A stretch of DNA of 64,000 nt from the human T2T-CHM13v2.0 reference genome, Homo sapiens. Below, in pieces: positions 57,175-64,000 of the stretch; the first letter of the stretch is position 1, and each line of letters opens with the position of its first letter. The position numbers and the translations under genes were made by a program. The notes under the pieces are model-generated. The model did not search any database. It had not been told where the DNA came from and was given only the letters and a program-made list of their open reading frames with translations. The stretch lies in NCBI RefSeq assembly GCF_009914755.1, contig NC_060928.1; one strand, given 5' to 3'.

Positions 57175-57500
57175 CACACACATATAGAATGTATAATATA
57201 TAATGTGTATAATATGTATATATGCATATATGTGTGTATATATGTATATAATGTGTATAATATAATATGTATTTATATATAATTACATATTTATATATAA
57301 ATATGTATTTATATATAATTACATATTTATATATAAATATATATTTATATGTAATTTAATATATATACATTTACTTATAAAATCTTAAAATTATAAAAAT
57401 TATAATTTGTAAATATATATTTATATATAAACTCATACAAGAACTAATGTATGTGTGTATATATATTACATATATTTAATTATATATAATCATATATACA
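57130..57500. repeat. (TG)n then TA-rich simple repeat
   Basis: Directly visible. Confidence 0.92.
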
Positions 57501-58784
57501 TAAAATTTCTGTTTAAAGTAATTTAAGCTATGGATGAACAGATGAGAAAATTTGGTACCTCTTACTTATTTCTGTGAGCTTCTGTAATGTATCTGTCCCT
57601 TGTAATATAAGTTGAATCTTCCTTTGAGTCTTGTTCCATGCAGTCATCCAGTTGTATTAGAAACATATAGAGTTGTTTCCTTATATGCTATATTCAGAGA
57701 AGAAATACTAGTAGAAACCTGAATATTGACACAGCCTTTCTCCACTATGTTTTATACTATTCAACATTCTACTTAATAGCTATCATGTTCTATCTTTTCT
57801 ACCTCTACTGGACGCTGAATATACAAAATTCCTTTGAAATAATCAGATGTGCTTGTGAAATAGCAAAGTATGATAGATTAGATTATCGTTGCTAAATACT
57901 CAATTATTTCCCCACTTGCAGAGAAGAATATTTTCTTTGGCCCATTAATGTTATTAAACATTTTTTTTTGCACTGGTCTATAGGGAATGAAAAAGAGAAC
58001 CCCACTCTTGGCAATAATTTCTGAATTCTCCATTGCCTAAATGACCAATTATTTATTCTCACTCATGAATCCCCATGTAAACTTGTGATGAGTTAATATA
58101 GTCCAACTTAGCTGGGAGGCTGATTTCCTACTTTGCTGGGCTTCTTGCCATTTTTTGGAAGATTTTGGCGCTTAATATTTATTATTAATACATTAATGTT
58201 ATATTTAATATTTATTATTAATTTACGTAAAAATGTATATTATAATTCCTCAAATCTACATATGCCTAAAGAATATTAATTGGTAACATCATTCCACAAA
58301 ATTTTATCAAATTTGAAATATTCACATTTATGAAAATACTAACTCAGTTATTCAAAAAATCAAGAAGACTTTAAATTCATTTCAAAAGATATTTATATTA
58401 TTTTTAGAATTACATCATGCTACGTCAATATTGAAAACTTTAAAAACAAAACCCTAGATTTGAGTTGTCTTAAAGAGTTAGAGTGGAAGACAAAAGAAAT
58501 AACGTAATTTTATCTTAATGCTTAGAAAATACAGGACATAAAGAATGACTAATAATCTAAGAATGAATAGAAACAAGATTTGAAATAAAAATAAGCAATA
58601 ATATGGATTTGAATACAAAATTAAGAAATATTAATATTCAAAGACAATTTTATTTTTATTGATATGCATACAATTAGAATTAATATAAACTTAATACACA
58701 ATGATAGTACCATAGTATAATGAATTCAGCGTAGATAGACGTGACTATAGGAGTTTATAAATTTTAATGAGCAAAACATGTGAA

Positions 58785-58950
58785 TTCAATTGTTCATTTA
58801 TTTCCTGTTTCATTTAACACATAATTATTGACTCTCACTTTCTTGTGGTACTGTTTCAGGCACCTGGGATCTGCAGCAACAACATAACTAAATTACCTGG
58901 CCTCGTGGAGTGTACTTTTTAGTGGGGTAAAATAGAAAATGAGTAGGTAA
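58785..58950 (-). mobile_element. L2 3'-end relic
   Basis: ttcatttaacacataattattgactctc...tactgtttcaggcacctgggatctgcagcaac. Confidence 0.6.
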
Positions 58951-61264
58951 ATAAGATAATATCAGCCATCGTCATGGCTTTGAATGGTAAGTTGTGTGGG
59001 AACATTATTGAGATATATATTTTTTAACAATACATTGTTTTAATAATTGAAAAAATCAGATATTTAATATCTAACTTTTTCACAATTATGCTGGATTACA
59101 AGCAGATCTTCTAACTATGGCAGTAACATCCCTGCAGCATGCTTTAGCTTCACCAGTGCAAGTTTATGGGTCTTACATATTTCATCTGATATTTAAACAC
59201 ACTCATTGTAAAACAAGTAACACTTGTTATTAAAATGTTGCATTATGTGGAATGTACAAAAGCGTTGTCAACCCTATGCCATCAATAATTATGTTTTCTG
59301 GGAATTAAGTAACTCCAAATATTCTATATGGGAAAAATATCTGTGACTGGGAGGATGAAACAAACAGGAAAAGAAAGCAAAATTGTCTTACAGCTTGTTT
59401 CTTGTAGCTTTTTAGTTTTTTGTCTCATTTTAGTCCCATTACTCTTGTTAAACTTGGTGAGCACTGATACACAAGAATATTTCTTGAATTGAAATTGTCC
59501 CATATAGGACCATTTAATTGCTGTCAAAAGAAATATCTTTGTGTTCTGTATTAAAACCAAAACAAGATTTTTATGGGGCTAATAAAAATATATTAAAGAA
59601 TCACATGCATGCAATAAGTATATTCAGAGTTAAAAAATAAGACAGGTATATTGAATGCTTACTTAATATATCAAAAATTGTATGATATGGGCAAAAATAG
59701 GCATCAAATTACCTTTACCATCTGGAGTTCACCACTAAAACTATGTGAAAAAAATCACAAGTTAATTCATGTTTAAATAGAATATATCCTCCTCTCATAT
59801 TCCAAGAAAATAATATTTTCAAAACAAATTATCTTCATGTCTATTCAGTTCTCAAAAGTACTTTGTTTATTCCTCTACATAAAATTTTGATGGAATGGTG
59901 TCATTTGCTAATTTTTTTTGTAAATGCCTGCCTCTGGCAAGGAGCAATTTAAACACAAAGGATACAATGAAATCTTAATATGTGTCACTAATCAAGGATG
60001 TACACAGGCAGTCTGTTTTTGAGAAGAACTGGTATAAACAGTTTGTTGCCTTAGGAAGACAGCAATCTGACCTAAATTAATATGAATTACCACAACATCA
60101 TCAGAGAAACTGCCTTGTAATACAAACATTTCTATCTAGACCCCAAAGGTTCAGTCCATCCAACTGTTATGCTGTGTATACTCAGATTTATTCTCTTTAT
60201 ATCCATTTAAACAGCAATAATTGCTCTTTTAATTTCCCAAATTATTTTGCCCATGTTCTTTTTATGGTTGGCCTGTGGTGCTTTAAACATTTTTCAGAGG
60301 AAACTGTAGAATGTAGAAAGTATGTATATAAGTTTTGTTTAAAATTGTGCTAAAAATCAATATTATTTTAAGGACAAAGATAAAATTAAATATTTGTAAT
60401 TATTATAATCTACAGGATACTCTCCTAAAATTGTTCTCCTATTCTTTCAAAGGCTATGTATGTGTATAATCATATAACTTTCAGCACTCTAAACATTGTT
60501 CACAGTGACCATCCGTTTAGTGGTTAAATCTCTTTATGTTTTTTAAAAGCTATTATTTGTTAAGATCATTGATAAAATATTTGTCAGAATTCTAGAATCT
60601 TGGAGATTATGGGACTTCTATAATTAATCTTGTAACCCATTGTTTTGCCATATGGATATGTGTTTAACAATTTCAGATAGTAGTCAATTTTTATTTAAAA
60701 AGTAAATTGAATTTTAATAATATTAAAAATAACTTTTAAAAAGATCTAACAAGTGGTCAATAATTCATAGGCATTGGAATGCTTCCTTATTATTAGAAAG
60801 AGGAAATGTTATTAGGAAACAATCACTCCTTATTTCATTAGCTTAGGTGATTTCTCTAGTATACAATTCCTAGTGTCATATTTATCTTGGATTTAAGACT
60901 TTTCATTTTGCTTTACATTTCTTCTTCTTTCTTTTCTCATTCAGGCAAGAGTTCTTCCCAAATATGACAAACTAATCACACCTTTAATGATTTGATGGTA
61001 ATTGTGATGAGCAATAAAGACCTACTTTTAAGTTTATATATTATAAAATATTTTAAAATAAATGTTGTGGATGCCTATTTGCATTCCTTGCTTTACTTAA
61101 TCTTATTTTATTTTAACACCAGGATTTAGTGTATGTGTTTTCTCCTCTAAAACATAAAAATCTATACTATCTGAGAATCATAATGTATATCTGTTTTAAT
61201 TCATCTTTCCTTTCTATAGCCATTGCATAACATGGTCTTATGTTTAAAAAAAGATCATATAGAG

Positions 61265-61799
61265 CAGCAGTCCCCAACTCTTTTGGCACCAGGGACTGGT
61301 TACATGGAAGACAATTTTTCCATAGACAGGGGCAGGAGGTCGGCTTCAAGAAGATTCAAGCACTTTACATTTATTGTGCACTTTATTTCTATTATTATTA
61401 CGTTGTAATATATAATGAAATCATTATACAACTCACCATAACGTAGAATCAGTGGGAGCCCTGAGCTTGTATTCCTGCAAATAGATGGTCCCATCTGGAG
61501 GTGATAGGAGACAGTGACAGATCATCATGCATTGAGATTCTCATACGGAGCGTGCAACCTAGATCACTTGCATGTACAGTTTATAATAGGGTTCACACTC
61601 CTAAGAGAATCTGATGCCACAGCTAATCTGACAGGAGGCAGAGCTCAGGAGGCAATGCAAGTGATGGGGAGCAGCTGTAAATACAGATGAAGCTTCACTC
61701 ACCTCCTGTTGCTCACTTCCTGCTGTGAGGCCCAGTTCCTAACAGGCCATGGACCTCCTTTATATCAGGGATCCATGGCCCAGGGGCTGGGGACCCAGG
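61265..61799 (+). mobile_element. MER1A (hAT-Charlie non-autonomous DNA transposon), full length
   Basis: Terminal inverted repeats cagcagtcccc / ggggacccagg. Internal gtagaatcagtgggagccctgagcttg. 8-bp TSD-like atatagag / ttataaag. Confidence 0.9.
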
Positions 61800-63585
61800 T
61801 TATAAAGGATATATAAATGAATAAGTAATTGAACCAATGTGTAAATGAATCAATGAATACAAAACCAGACAAATGTACAATATTATCTTTAAATTTTTAT
61901 TTACATCTGTGTCACTTTTACTTATATATATGTGTGTGTGTGTGTGTGTGTATATGTAGATGTCTGCACTTAATACACTAAAATAAATGCTAACGTAAGT
62001 TATTAAATTTTATCTCAAAATATTTCAATTGTTTTCCTTAATGTTTTTTATTGGATTTATTTTTTTAATCTTATTAAGCTTACTTGTGCTGTAAAGGAGA
62101 AAATACGTTGCTTGTATGACCACTATCATCAACAATTACATATTTAATATGTTATATGTCCTTAGGCAGTTGAAGATGCTAATAAGGGATGGACTGACAA
62201 CATGACCTGTCTACTCATCTATTCCCTAATCAACATGTCATGTTTTCTCCACAGATCAAATAAGATGATTCAGAAAGAAGACTTTCTTTGTCAACTTTTA
62301 TGACAAACTAGAATATATGATTTTGTATTATCTTTTTTTTCCTTCTCTGGACTCTAGGGAAGATGGATATTGAATTGACAAGACATGCACTTTAGGGATC
62401 AAGGCATAACTAAGCTGGATTATATACCTCTGGAGAGTACTTTGATTATACAATTTGATTACCTTTCAACTTGAATCTCCCAATCCACATGTTATCTAAA
62501 TTAATCTTTCCTGATGGGCAGCTCATTTGGATTTAATCCCACTGTTTATACTGCCAAAGTCACATATTTGAAACACTTCAGGGTTTTAAGTTTCCAATTA
62601 TTAATGATATCTTGAAAAATCTTAGAACTCCTTTCTTTTTCTACAACTAAAAGCCGTTATATAAAATGGCCTCATTCTGAGGCTTATTAATTTACAAGAT
62701 TTTCACTAATTGATACATTCAACAATGAATAGGCCATTTATATCCTGAATATGCCCAGACTAAGTTTAATCTTGAGAATTATAAATTGCTATTCTTTCAA
62801 CTGTTATTTATTGTGTAATAACTACATTTCATGCATTGTTCTTTCCGGCTTCTTTTGAAATGTTTTAATTAGATCACAATAAAATTGTTTAAATTAAATT
62901 TAAGAGATCTCTTAGCCATTTTTTAATAAGAGTCATTTGAAATAAAGATCTTAGGATATAAAATTCTAACCAACATACTCCTCTCCTCTTGTCAGGTTTT
63001 GCAAGCATACATATTCAGGTAAACTGGGGTCTCAACCGCAGGGATATTAAGTCCTTGGAGAGCTGGAGAACTGACATACTCTCTAAGTGATTTCCACTCT
63101 CAAATACACAGAGAGAAGTCAAGGACCTTAAGTAAAAGTTACTGTTCAATTTCCATCTCATGAGAGGATGTTAATAGATGTATCCACTGCATAAGAGTTT
63201 GCAATCCAAATATAGACTATTTTTCTATGCTTTGAGTACTTCAGCTAATCTTCACCATTGTCTACTTCATGCTCATTTTATTGAGGTCTAAATATTCTAT
63301 GAGGGTTACCATGCAATAGCTAAGAGACATCATAGATGAACATTCTATTTATTTATTCTCTAAATTATTTTTGTAGTAAAAAACTTTTTTATAGTATCTT
63401 AAGATTATAGAAAATTTGTCAGAAAACACAATGCTAGATAAATTTCAAAACATTTCTAATAAAAATTTTATTTAGAGTTTTGCCAAGACAAAAAATTCAG
63501 AGGAGTACATTAGGTCTTAAGAATATTGCACATGAAATATATAATTTACATAGAAAAACAGAACAAATGGTTTTATTCCAATAGC

Positions 63586-64000
63586 TGTTGGGAACAGTCC
63601 CCCAAATCTGGCCATAAACAGGCCCCAAAACTGGCCTTAAACAAAATCTCTGCAGCACTGTGACATGCTCGTAATGGCCATGACGCCCATGCTGAAGGTT
63701 GTGGGTTTACTGGAATGAGGGCAAGGAACACCTGGCCCACCCAGGGCTGAAAACTGCTTAAGGTGTTCCTAAGCCACAAACAATAGCATGAGCGACCTGT
63801 GCCTTAAGGACATGTTCCTGCTGCAAATACCTAGCCAAACCCATCCCTTTGTTTCAGCCCTTCCCTTTGTTTCCCTAAGGAATGATTTTAGTTAATCTGT
63901 AATCTATAGAAACAATGCTTATCACTGGCTTGCTCTCAATAAATATGTGGGTAAGACTTTGTTAGTGGCTCTCAGCTCTGAAGGCTGTCAGCCCCCTGAT
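63586..64000 (+). mobile_element. MER9 (HERV-K HML-3 / HERVK9) LTR, running off the window end
   Basis: tgttgggaacag...aaatctggccataaacaggccccaaaactggcc...ctctgcagcactgtgacatg. AATAAA at 63938-63943. Confidence 0.88.

Noticed and set aside
61756-61809. 9-bp inverted copy (tcctttata / tataaagga) of the flank inside the MER1A end
   Set aside because: Too short and AT-rich to distinguish from chance without alignment.

Overview
Primate (human or great-ape-like) non-coding, AT-rich genomic DNA made mostly of interspersed repeats. It contains a partial MER4 provirus, several L1s from ancient L1M to young L1PA2, about 15 Alus or Alu fragments, MaLR/ERVL LTRs (THE1, MLT1, MLT2), MER21, MER9, MER1A, MER5, L2/MIR relics and large TA-rich simple repeats. 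I find no supportable protein-coding gene, RNA gene, CRISPR array or novel multi-gene system. The listed ORFs are repeat-derived or look like chance ORFs. The most interesting signals are mechanistic scars: a 3'-truncated, tail-less L1 flanked by an 11-bp target-site duplication (TSD), a probable 44-bp L1 3' transduction, a twin-primed L1PA2 with a ~0.4-kb deletion, two nearby AluJ copies sharing private mutations, a ~2.45-kb layered AT minisatellite inside an MLT2 LTR, and an unexplained 27-bp direct repeat bracketing 1.2 kb. Family names come from recalled consensus sequences, not a database search. Subfamily calls and the edges of old elements are approximate.
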